Source of the DNA: Camelus dromedarius
Lineage: Eukaryota
Reading direction: 5' to 3'
NCBI RefSeq assembly: GCF_036321535.1
Contig: NC_087436.1
Location: forward strand, 65,722,001-65,786,000
DNA length: 64,000 nt
Part shown: positions 51,770-64,000 of the stretch, piece after piece
Layout of the letters: every line of letters starts with the position of its first letter
How positions within the stretch are numbered: position 1 is the stretch's first letter
Notes under the pieces: generated by a model
Database searches by the model: none
Told to the model about the DNA's origin: nothing
Seen by the model: only the letters and a program-made list of their open reading frames with translations
Program-made: the position numbers and the translations under genes

Positions 51770-52575
51770 AAATCACAAGATGCCATTACAAATTATTTGA
51801 TATTACTAAGTGTTGGTTGGGGAGTATTCTAAGCAAAGAAACTTTCATATATAGACAATTGGAGCATAAACAATAAAAATAAGTTGGAAAACAACAAATT
51901 ATATAGAAAATTTGGAAAGATACATAATTTTGACTCAGTAACTTTATTCCTGATTAAATACCCAAGAAAAATGCCTGCACCTATTCACATCAGACATGTA
52001 CAAAAATGTTCAGAGTAGCATTTTTTTCATTTACAATTGTATGTATTTAAAAACTACACACAATCTAAATATTTACCAGGAAAAGGATGGATGAGCAAAT
52101 AATTGTGGTATATTAACACAAACCATACAATAATAAAAATATTAAACTGTAGATACCAGTAATGAGAAAGGTGGATCACAAAAACCTAATAATAAGCAAA
52201 AAGATGCAGGACACAAAGAAACACAGACATCATGAATCCATTTATATAAATTCTTAAAACAGAAAACAAAATGTTTTGATTTTTAGATATACTTATATAG
52301 GGGGCAAAAGTATAAAGAAAAGAAACAAAATGCTAATCACAGAATGTTGGATAATGGTTGCACCAAGGATGGAGGGAGAAGTTTCTGATCAGTGAAGATA
52401 AACATGTGGCCTTTGGGGTCATGTAAATATGCTATCCTTTGGCATATGTATGATTACAGTGGTTTGTGATTCATGATTTTCTTTAAACTGTGTGTGTGTG
52501 TGTGTGTATGTTTCTGGCAGTTTTCTGTCCATATATCACAGTTTGAAGAAAAATTTCCTATTAAAAAATAAACCA
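51770..52575 (+). mobile_element. Old L1 (L1ME-type) 3' end, with (TG)n at ~52489-52506
   Basis: 'actaagtgttggttgggg...tttgactcagtaactttattcctg...gacatgtacaaaaatgttcagagtagca...gaatccatttatataaattc'. Confidence 0.75.
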
Positions 52576-55500
52576 GAACAAACAAAAATAAAAGCATAGA
52601 CACACCAAAACAACCAAAGGAAAAAAAAAAGTGCTGAATGAACTAAGAAACAAAGCAGCAGCATCCAGGATTAGTAAGCTTGCTCAGCCAGCTGGAGGTT
52701 ACTTTCTGTAACCTCAAAGCCGTAATAAGGTTTCCCTGATTATGATTCCATGGGTCAAGTCTCAGAATGTATTTATTCTCAGAACATGATTATAAACAAA
52801 TTTAACAACAGAATGACTCAATCAGACATGCAAACAATTATATCATTTACTCACTTTGGAAATTATAATTTTTAAAGCATTGTACACACTTGGATTTTTC
52901 TCATTTTAATAATATTTACATGTCGAGGGTGTAAAATTAGTCATGTCAGATCTAAATTTATTACGAAAATCTGCATTCTCAACCTTCATTCTAGTCAGCT
53001 AAGCTTGCTAGGTTATGTGTAGACAGGTAGTTACAGGTTTTAATTGTAGTGAGAAATATATTTTCTTAACCATAGCAGGTATCATACTCATATTAGGCAA
53101 AGTGAACTCTAGTCTTGTTGTCATCAAAGTGTATTTATTTTGTGACTTGCGCTAATATAAAAATTACGTTGTCTCTAGTTAGAATGAGATTTTAATTACA
53201 GAATTATTCTCTCTCCCTCTTTTGATCTTTCTCACTCTTCCCAATTATGGTTGGAATATTGACTAATAAAAGTAACAGACAGCCTCACAAAGAAAAGAAA
53301 AAACACAGGAACATACCACTGTCATGTCTATACTCTCTTTTATAGTGGAACTTGAATTGCTTTAAATGTTGAGCTTAATCACTGCACTTTAACCTTTTTA
53401 TTTTAAGGCTTAAATATATTCATTTATATCTTATTAGAATTACCTACAAAATAATATTTAATAATATTCTGGATTAAAATAATGACTTAGCTTAAATATC
53501 ATTGATTTAAACTTGGTCCAAATAAAATCAGAAGCCATTGAGGACTTTTGATAAGAGTAGTGACAAAATCTAACTTATGTATCGTTATGTGTTGAAACTG
53601 GAACACATAAAATTCATATATATTGATCTAATTATTCTTAATTCAACAAAAAATGTACTTTCAATGTGAGCAAAGGCTTTAAAAACATTTAACTTCCTGA
53701 ATTCTGTAAGAAAGTTAGAATTTATTTATTTTGAGTTTCATCTCAATATAAAAGAATACATTGTTTTTTTTCTCTAATTAGGTAACAGCTTGCTAACTCA
53801 CAGGAGTTAAGTATGATATAACTTGTCAAGCGTTTTCCAAAGGGCAAGAAGCTATGTTATGTCAGAATCTCTTGCAAATGAAATACAGATTCTTAAATTC
53901 TGAGTGTATTGATTCATTGTGACATATTATATGTTAGATAAAAATTGTACTTAGATAATTAAAACAATAGAATCAAATGTTTTTCAAAAATATATTTGAC
54001 AACTAAGCTTAAGTTTTATTGAGTAAGTTATCTAAAAAGTTTTTCCTTTGTTTGTGTCTTGAAAACATAAAAATAATCTACTTCGGAAGGTTATACAGTA
54101 AGCATACAAATCTATGAAATCTAAGTTTAATAGCTATAATAGGTTATTATTAGCATTAAAGTTATTTGAACTGGATCTGAGCAAATTTTCTAAACTTTTA
54201 TTGATTTATTCAATAAATGTAAATTTTGTAAAATCTGAGCATCTGTATGAGAATTGAAAAATTAGGAAGAACTACACTTAGCAACCATATTTTTTAGAAT
54301 AGTTGATGATTTATAGTCTAAGCTTATAATGAGCTATAGATGAATCAGCTTATAGTCTGATTTCAGACTGAAAAAGAAACCAGACAACTTGTGTTTTACT
54401 TGGTAATTTGTTTTTCAGAAACTCTTTCAAAAATCTTCAAAGATAAAGTAGGCATTATGCTCTCTGAGTTGTTACACAGTATAGAAAATTAGGAAGCTTC
54501 CCATTTCATCTTAATAAGGCCTTAAAACTGGTAATTAAAGACTTCACAAATCAATACTGAAGATCATTCACATTTCTCTAAACAAATACAAAATTATCAC
54601 CTCAAATATTAGGTAATCAAGCTGGTAGTTTTAATCAGTTACAATAGACAAAGTTGCCAACCTTACGTTTAAACAATCAACAGAACAACGACTCAAAAGT
54701 TCAGTGGTAATATTTCTCAATTTCCATTATATAAATACTCTCATCATTGTCCATTCCATGATATATACGCAAATGTTTCTAACTTATAAAAGATTAATTG
54801 GTTGAGATTCTAAAAATGAATTTTCTTTTATATTGCTTTAGGTAATTCTGTAAAAATAAACTTCAGGGGAAAAGTTCATTGCTGAGACGGTAAAGAGTTT
54901 TACTTTCAAATGGAAAAAAAGTGCATTTTCTCACCACCCTTAACAAATAAAGGTTTACATTTCTCACTGCCAGTTACATGAAGATATTTTAAAGTATGAA
55001 CAATTAAATCAATTAAAAAACTACTTCCTTCCCAGTTTGACCACCAACCGCTTCCTTCTTCTGTTTTGTTGTTAAGTCAGTTTCTGACTGTTGAAAAGCA
55101 ACAGAGGAAGAGAGTTCACTTGTATTTATTTTAGGAGAATGTGCCTCCTGGACTAAGGGCTATGTACCAATGTATCTTTGGTAGAAGGATATGACTTCAG
55201 GGCCACACAGTTTACATCAATGAAACAAGTATGACAGATAAAAGGTTTTTTTTTTTTACCATTAGAATAAGAGTGTTTTAACAGAGAACATATGCACTAC
55301 TATGTGATTTACTATCATAGAAAATATCCAGGGGGAATTGAGAAACTGAACTGTGTCCTTTATCGTATCTATAAGAGAAATTAACTAACTTATTTAATTA
55401 AAAATAAGCTGAACATGCTTAGAATATGATGGTAGTCCAAAGTGTTTCTTAGACATTTGATTAGTCAAATTATGATTATGGTTGGAATAAGATTACTAAA

Positions 55501-56479
55501 ATGAAGTTATTGTTAAACTAGGGGTTTGAAATTAGAAAGCCAGTTAAATAATTCTTAGAATTTCAGCAAGTCTTGTAAGTTACATTGCTGTTTAATCTCT
55601 TATCTATCAAATAAACAAGCCACTTGAAAAAAATATAGAATGTCTACGCAATGGAATACACGTGTCCTTCAAAGAGCACTCACAGTCACAAAATACAGAA
55701 CAAACTTCTCAGAATGACAAATAAAATATGAGGCCTATGATCTAGACATATCAAAGCCTCCCCCCCCACACACACACACTCACACACACACACCTGTCAC
55801 ACAGAACCACTGAATGTTTTATTCTAATTCATCACTTCATTTGTAAACATTGTTCCCATAATTTGAAAAACTGTTATTCTTCTAAATTTACCTTCTTGAC
55901 TCCCATCTGTACTCCAAGAGAGTTTTAAATTCTACATATTCAAGGAAAATGCCCTTATCTTTCCAATAACTTAATCTTTGACTCACCTTTCCAAAAGAAA
56001 TTTTCTAGTTATTATTTACAAGTTTCAGCTCCATTGTTTTGAGTCACTTAAACACAATTTAATGCAAACAACATGGAGCCGAAATAAATTGTTGTTGATT
56101 ATATTTCCATCTTTTTTGACAAGGTGGTTTTCTTTTCCACATTAGAAATTTTATAAGTTTTATATACTTTCACTGACATAACAATTTTTGCCCCTATTTG
56201 AGAATATGTAGTGATAATAATTAGATATGTACCTAAATATCAAGTCTTTGCCTGGAGACACTATTGTCTTGCTTCTTTGACAGTTTGAGAGAACACATTT
56301 ACATACACATTTCAAGCTCTTTGGAAGAAGACATATCATTTTGTTTGAGAGTTAGTTATAATCCTCCAGCCCTTTAGTTTTGTGGGATTAATCAACAACT
56401 AGGATCATATATATATATATGATGACATTATCTGTTCTTCAGACACTTTTTTCTGTATATGTGTCATTTTGTTTCTTAT

Positions 56480-56597
56480 GACATGAGGAAAGGAACAACC
56501 TATTCAACTGCCAAGCACAAACCCCATTTCTAGCAAAGTGCTTTATATACAGTAGGCAATTAGTACTTATTTGATGAATGAAGAAGTGAATGAACAA
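56480..56597 (+). mobile_element. L2 3' end
   Basis: 'ccccatttctagcaaagtgctttatatacagtaggcaattagtacttatttgatgaatgaagaagtgaatgaa'. Confidence 0.6.
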
Positions 56598-58739
56598 ACA
56601 CATGCTGAGTCTTTCCTGTTTAGTATCTCTGACTTAACCTTTATATTAAATAACAAATAGAGTATTATGTATTAAATACGTGCACAGCATATACAATTCC
56701 ACTGACTTACATGATTGCACCTGAATAAAGTCTTCTTATTTAGAAAAGTACCAATTAAGGTATAATTAATTTTGCAGCAAAATGTCTGAAAGAAATATCA
56801 AAAGTATACATATACACTACTTGATATATATATATAAAGTATACAATATTACATATTCACCTTTTTAAGCTATTATTATTAAATTTAATGATGGCATCAA
56901 AGTGTTAATGCACTTTGAAAGTCTTCAGAAAATGCAAAATTATTTCAAATGACAAGCTTCGTAGATTAGAGTGTAAAGTAAAATTTTCCCCCAAATTTCA
57001 CATAAATAAAACCAAAAACAAAAAGCCCTGAAGACTTTAATATCCCATTAAGAGTGACAAGTATTTCAGAATCGAAGTCTGATTAAAATGTAAAAGCCAG
57101 AGATATTTTTTACGAGAAACAATGCATCACTTTGAAAGTGCTAGGTAAATTAATAAGATTTTAAAAGTTTGTGCAAAAATGCAATTCCTTCCAGCATGTC
57201 TTAGCCAGCAAAAAACAGTAATAAAATAAAATAAAATATTTAAAAGTAGAATGGTTTTTCACATGAATGCAAAACTATAATTTTCATAAATCGAGATCAT
57301 ACAGATAGTTTGGTATAAACTTCAGGAACTCATAGGCATGTCAAATGGTTAAAATTATTTTTATTATTATTCTGTCACTTTAATCTGTGGAACAGATGCT
57401 TTATATAATTATTATATTCATGTCTCAAAAATATCTTGCTCCAATCAAGATCTTAATTTATTTTACCCAAAGAATTTCTGAAAACAATATCTTATTTGAA
57501 ACATACCACATTTTGAGGAGCTTAACAAACTTGTATACTAGCTATGATCTAGGTCTTTTGCTAGCATCAGTGATAAATGAGTTAAAAATCGTGTTTTATG
57601 ATCCATGTTGTTGCAGGTCAATGGGGAATAAAGAGAGCAAAATGTGTTCTAGCATATGCAGTGACAATGTTGTACACAGGTACATAAAAATTGGCTCAAA
57701 CAACTTGACCATCATTTCCTTTGTCTCATATAATAAGATACCCTTTTTTCTTTCAATTTTTATATCAAATATATTGATATCTGAAATAGCACAATATAGT
57801 AAATGAAGTAGAATTTCATATTATATTCTATTAGAATTTTAATTAGCACATGACTTGGTCCTAAAAATTTGATAATCTAATGCCCCAAAAATACAATTAC
57901 ATATTGCATTCTGTCACTTTGCATAAACAAATCAACATGAATAAGGAAAAGCTATATATAGTAGATCATCTCTGACTTGGGTCTCTAGTAATAATTCAGG
58001 GGAAAAGCAAGCGGTGTGTGAGGAATTGCAAAGTTCACACACTGGATGATAAAATGTGAGCCTTCAATTGCCTTAAGTGGAGAATGAGAACATAGGCAAA
58101 GGCCAGTTAGTAGATATATCACATAAACCATGCTTAGACAGTGAGGTTTATTCTTTAGGTAATAGATATCATTGAATGCATAGAAAGTTAAATAATTTGT
58201 TAAATTTTAGAATTAGATCAACCTGCTGGAAGAGAGAAGAATGAAATTGAGTGGGCAGGAAAAGAGAGAAGGCATTGAAATCATTTGGGGATTATTTTAA
58301 TTCCTATAAGCTATGGTAAAAGTCTACCTGCGGTTGATCAAAACAGGCATGCAGAGGAGAGACATATTAAGGTGTAACTGACATAATTATATTTTCAACA
58401 AATGTTTGCACTCCCCCTTTTTATAATGTTAATATGTTGTTCACTTATAATGGTTAGCTATGGGCTATATTTCTTGGATCCCCTTAGATACAGGGAGAGT
58501 TCTGGGACAGTGCAATGTAAATGAAAGTTATTTTAGTACATTTGCTGGCTGCTAGATGTGTATAGAATTAAGGACCCAACAGTTTCATGGAAAATCAAGT
58601 CAGAAAGTGCCTGAAGATCTGAATCAGCATATATGGGGGTCTTTGGTCAAGCAGGTGTTTTTATTGTACAGTTTCCTTTTCCTTTTCTCTTTCTTTTTTT
58701 CTTTTCTACATAAAATACCTTATCCTAAATAATACATGG

Positions 58740-60190
58740 AGAACACACCAGAATGAACCTTGTGCTATTATACTAATTTGGGTTTGTCACTGTGTACTTA
58801 AGAGTTTTAGTACATACAGAGAAAAGTAGAAAAATATAGAAGTGAAAATCTGTTTATATTTTTGCAACCCACAGTCCTGACCACAAACAAAATCCGAAAG
58901 CACCAAACCCCAGTAAGAATGAGCATACTTAAAATTTGAATCTTGATTTCCAAATGTCATTATTAGATTCAAGTTAAATATTTTTGGCAGGAATATCACA
59001 GAAGAATGTTCTGGTTTTCTCATTGCATCTCATGAGGCAGTACCCAGTGCAAATTCGTTCAACTACTTCTGATATTAATTCTGATCACTTGAATAAGATG
59101 CTGCTTGGAGAAGTACTCCAAAGGCTCCTTGGAACAATGGCTGATTTCAGGGGTGGTGAAAGAATATCTTTTTGCTAAATATTCTGTTGTTAGAAAGTGC
59201 TGAAAGAGTAATGGGAACATGTCAAAAAGACAGAAAAAAAAAAAAAGGGATCCTGTTGGTTAAAACTGGGATAATGTGAATGTCAATGTAGATTTTAGTA
59301 GTAAAAGATTATAACCTATTTAATAAAACCGATTCATGTGTCCCTATTGATATAAATAAACTGAAAGAAGACATGAATAAATGGGCAGGCTAGAGAGGGA
59401 TTTTCCATGGAAAAATGACAACTAACAATTTTCAAGTAATGAAGAATTAGAAAATTATTTTGCCACCATTATATTTATATTAATTCAGGCAAGAAATATC
59501 ATAGCTACTGATAATATAATATTTGGATGAGGAATGATAGTTACATTGCCTCGAAGCATCCTCTCATAAAGTGTTATTAGTGATGAAAGAAAAAAAAGGA
59601 TATCTCTGCAGGTCGGCAGGGGAGAAACAGCACCTTTTTCAAGTGATCAAAGTTAATCTTACATGTAGTGGGACAAATCTGCACCAGCTACTATTTCATG
59701 AGGTGCAATGAGAAGAGCAGAATGTTTTCCTGTGATATTTTTGCCAGGACTATACAACTTGAAAGCATAGGAAATATCAAATATACTCAAATGGAAAAAT
59801 AAATCATAAAATACCTGGACTGTAAATGTTAAAGATGTCATGGACACAGAAGTCAAAGACTAAGAATATGTACCAGATTGAAAGAGATTAAACTCAATGA
59901 AATGGGTGTTCCTGGATTGGACCCCTTTGCTATAAAGGACATTATTGAGATAACTGTCAAAACTTCAGCACAGGCTGAGAATTATATGGTATTAATGTAC
60001 CAGTGAGAATTTTCTGGTTTTTATGGTTGCACTACGGCAATATGGCAATGTGTCATTGTTTATAGGCAATACATACTATCATATTTAGGGACAATGGGGA
60101 ATCACGTCGACAAGAATCTCTCAAAAAAGATTATGGCATGACTCTTGCAATAGATCTGTATATTTACTTTTTTCAACTTGAAATAAAATG
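58740..60190 (+). mobile_element. Old L1 3'UTR (L1MC4/5-like) containing an inverted internal copy
   Basis: 'accccagtaagaatgagcatac...aatcttgatttccaaat', 'aaggctccttggaacaatggctgatt', 'aaaggacattattgagataactg'; 58968-59093 is an inverted homologue of 59638-59763. Confidence 0.8.
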
Positions 60191-63100
60191 TTTAGTTGTA
60201 TCTGCAGCAGAGAATGACATTTAGCATATACACACACATATATACACATTCTATTATATAAAGATAACTATTTATGAAAAATATTTTTCTTTTTATGATT
60301 ACAGGACATATTTTCAGGGTTTTGTTGGCTTTAGGCAATCTTATTTGGAAACTTCATCATATTAATCATATTAAAGTATCACCCAACCATATTAAATCAG
60401 ATTTAAATCTGACTGTATCATAGGAAGTTGAGTTATATTGGGTTGCACTGATGGTAGGCATGGTAATAGATATCCTGTGGAAAATAAGTTAGTTACTAAG
60501 AACTTTTATTATTTTACAGCTATCATTCATAATTTGGAAGACAATTATAATTATAATCCATTGAACGTATCTAGTCTCTAGGCATTGTATATTTGCTGAT
60601 TTAGAATATTTTATTATGTGAGACAACACAATATAGCTAATGAAGCAAATAGTAAAGATGTACCTTATTAAAAGGATTAACCTATATCAGATTGTTGGGT
60701 ATCCATTGAACTAAATAATCTAGAATATTTTCAAAATGTTATTATTAAGTTTCACAGTTAGCATTTCACTATTTTACATAATGATTTCAAAAATTTTAAC
60801 ATACTGGATAGTTTGTAAATTAATATTTATCTTATCATTTTTATTATTTTGAAATTTTACAGTTAAGGCTGAGACAGTTTGCTTTACTGGACCATTACAA
60901 TATTTTTAATACAATGATATTATGTATCAATGTACAATTTAGTCAGCTAGAGAAAAATTGCTTTTAAGCAGTTTAAGGAGGGTATAATTTGTCTTATATG
61001 CCTGCATTTTCAAAAACTACTGTATAAAACAAAGACGCTTTTATGTATCATTATTTCTGAGTTCCCATTGAGCAAAGGAGTCACAAAAAGCAAGTGCCTA
61101 AAGTTGATCTTGTTGATTGAACAACTTTGGTTCATTTCCTGGATTTTCTGAAAATACGTTTCATCTGTAGATTTTACAGATTAGGCCATTTAAAAGCAAT
61201 AAATGAGTTTCTTTTTATATTTGGAATCAATTCTGTTAAGCTTCAGTGTTCTATCTCTATCTACCTCCTGCACTCCATTTCCTAAATAACCTCCCTGTTC
61301 ATTAGCAATGCTTTGCAAATACTGAAGCCAATGAAGTGCACTCATATAATTTGTGTTCAAATGGTAAAAATGACCTCAAAGGTACAGAGTTATTTTGTGG
61401 TTCTTCCACCTTTGAAGTCATTATTGCTTAATTTTTCATTCTGCCTGAATGCCACAGAAACATTAGTAGTGGATTCATGAATTACTAATGTGGTGCTTAG
61501 AGGTGAAATGTAAAGACCTCATCTAACTCTGAACATCTGCATATACATCGCAGATAATTAAGTGGCTGAGAGGCAATATTCCCCCTCTCCCTGCCGTTGG
61601 GATCTTGAAAAACGACAGGATATTTAACACAATATATTTCTCAGCATTAACTCCACGTTAAGAATGTCCAGGTATGCATATTTCATGGTGCATGAAACTT
61701 CATTGGTGATATTGCTGTTTTGTTGTTTACCTTAAGGCAAGATAAATTAGTCACATTTTAGATAAGACCTACAAGGAGTAGGCATAAATGGAATTCTTTG
61801 TTTTGCTTTGCTCTAGTAAGTTTAACAGTCTCTTTTGATCAATATGAGTTGGTAACATTTGTGTAAGAACTAACTAGAGAACCCACCTGTCCATAATATT
61901 TATTTTATAAAATAATTAGCAATCTGTGAAACTTAAAAGCACTAAGCAGGCTGGAACACTGTTTTGTTTTAAAACTGGCATGTGTCTTTTCTTAATTAGA
62001 TATTGTTTGCTTACTCTAGGTCATTTGCTTGAATCTTTGAAAACAGTAACACTGAATATTTATTTTAATGTTTCAAAGTTTATAATGTATTTACAAATGC
62101 ATTATCTCATTTAATACAAGTCTGTAAGCTTAATAACTGATCTCTAGATTTTCAGCTATAAAACACTGTAATTTGGAACCAAATGAGACAAGCAGAATTT
62201 GTCTTTTTTTCTCATTTACTTATGCATGTTTTATACAATTCCAACTCAAACAGAAATTAAATCATGTATGGAATCTGAAATAGAAGATAATAATTATTTT
62301 CCTGTACTTGATCCTACTTTGTCAATTGCATGCCTATAGATGGGAAAAATTCTTCCTTTCATGCTAAATAAAAGGATGATAATGTAGACTTGCTTTATAG
62401 TTTTGTCATTTCATAATAATCCCAGTTTGTGTTTGTTTTAAGTCTTCTCTGAAATGTCAGATTTCACTCGACAGACGTTTACTGAGCTGTTATCTTAAGT
62501 CAGTTCAAGGGAATCAAAAGCTGAGTCGGAGAGTATATTCTTTTTCTTTTCTATTACAGGGTACTTTTTGAAACATGGTAACTTAATGATAAATGAGAAT
62601 CAGGGCTCCAGGATCTTATAGTAAGCTTGACATTTTTAAGAATTGTTGATGGATAGAATTATATGTGTTCTTCATAATTTTGAAGAAATGGACTCTACAG
62701 CATACCATGAAACTCATGCTCTCGAAATGTTGGCGGGGATTTTAGGAAAAATACTGGTTTTGAAGTTTAATAGCTAGGGTTGGATAAAACTTCATGTTGA
62801 ATAAGATATGAGGTAAAACTTGGACAAAGATAGCATACTTGTCATGCTGCAAGTGGCTCCACTTCTAGCAAAAGTAGGATGGAAGCTATTGCCATAGTAC
62901 TCAGTAGAATAGATTCTCAACACGTATACTGATAGCTTGATATTTCCCTAATAATAAATCTGAATTCCTCATGTTGTAATTTAAACCTGTGCCTTGCCTC
63001 AGCAGATTGAAAACAAAATAGATGAAAGCAAAACCAGTTAAATACATACATGCCATCATCCCCACCACCACCAATATTAACACCAACCACAAAACAAAAA

Positions 63101-64000
63101 GAAAGGTATGCTTCTTTTTAAAGATACTTTATTTAAGACAGGAAGTTTTATTTTCTTTTTTCTCATTAGATTTGAAGACTTTAAGTTTTGGAAGAATTTT
63201 CTTATTAGTCTGTGAAAATGTTCCCTATCTCTGATACACTTATTTTCCTACCTTCCCTGTGGCTAGTGAATAAGCAACTGGTTTTGGATATTCCAATCAG
63301 AAGAATCCAGGCCATGGTTTGACTCAGAAGCTGGTGAACAAAAGAGAAGAAAAAAGGGTGGGGAGCAAGTGGAGTTAGAAAAAGTTCCATAAGTTCTGTC
63401 AGTCTGTAAGTCTTGGACTGATAATGGTTGCTATGAAAGCAAGAAACATAGGTCAATACCTGACAGGGAAGTGGCAGCGGTGCAGGAGGAAATAGTGCTT
63501 GAAGCAAATTCAAGTTCTTGGCACAGAAAAGCCAATAATGCAAACTGTGGAGTACAGTGCACAGTGGCTGTGGGAGACGTTTTCCCCCTTTTTGGCAAGA
63601 TTTTGGACATTAAGTCTAGCAGGCTAGCCTTTAGTGTAGTTCATCAGCTTTGCCTATAACACTCTCAGTTGCCCAAAGTTATTTCAAAACAAAAACAAAA
63701 GCATATTCATATAATCTTTGACCATAGAATCAAATTATAAAGCTTGCTACTGATTCATTTTTTCTCCTGCTAACTTTGTCAATTTTCTCTATAGTTTATG
63801 TAATACATAAGGTTCAAATCACCCCTAACAGTACACAGAAAATAGTAGCTCCTCATGTTAATTTGGTAGTTTCTATATAATCACAGTGCAGTATCATCTA
63901 AACTCTCAACTTCTAAAATTGAATGTAGGAAAAAGTAGAATTAAAAAAAAAAAGATCATATTAAGACTATTTGAAATCATGTGAAGTTTCCTCAGGCTAT

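Noticed and set aside
57387..57806. Longest ORF in the track (139 aa)
   Set aside because: GTG start, AT-rich I/L/S/Y-biased composition and no recognisable domain; consistent with a chance ORF
1..64000. CRISPR arrays, operons, tRNA/rRNA genes or a novel multi-gene system
   Set aside because: Mammalian repeat-rich DNA; direct repeats occur only as pairs explained by TSDs or duplications, and no structured RNA gene was recognised

Overview
AT-rich, CpG-depleted placental-mammal DNA, intergenic or deep intronic. I find no credible host protein-coding gene, RNA gene or CRISPR array. Much of the window is interspersed repeat: old L1M/L1MC LINEs, L2, MIR, MaLR (MLT1) and ERV1 solo LTRs, two decayed ERV-L internal regions, small hAT MITEs and (CA)n microsatellites. 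The ERV-L regions keep recognisable RT, integrase and dUTPase peptide relics. The youngest L1 3' ends look cetartiodactyl, probably camelid, and no young tRNA-derived SINE is evident (inference). Most notable: (1) a ~1.6 kb L1 whose 5'UTR joins directly to the 3' end of ORF2 at a possible splice junction; (2) a young 632-bp solo LTR with a perfect 6-bp TSD (ERV2/ERVK-like) nested in an old ERV-L; (3) two ~45-bp L1 3'-tip insertions with target-site duplications; (4) a perfect 53-bp tandem duplication across an LTR junction; (5) a 126-bp inverted copy inside an L1MC 3'UTR; (6) a CpG-retaining, motif-dense non-repeat block that may be an enhancer. Family names come from recall of consensus sequences, not a search, and many boundaries are approximate. 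I do not see evidence for a new multi-gene biological system.
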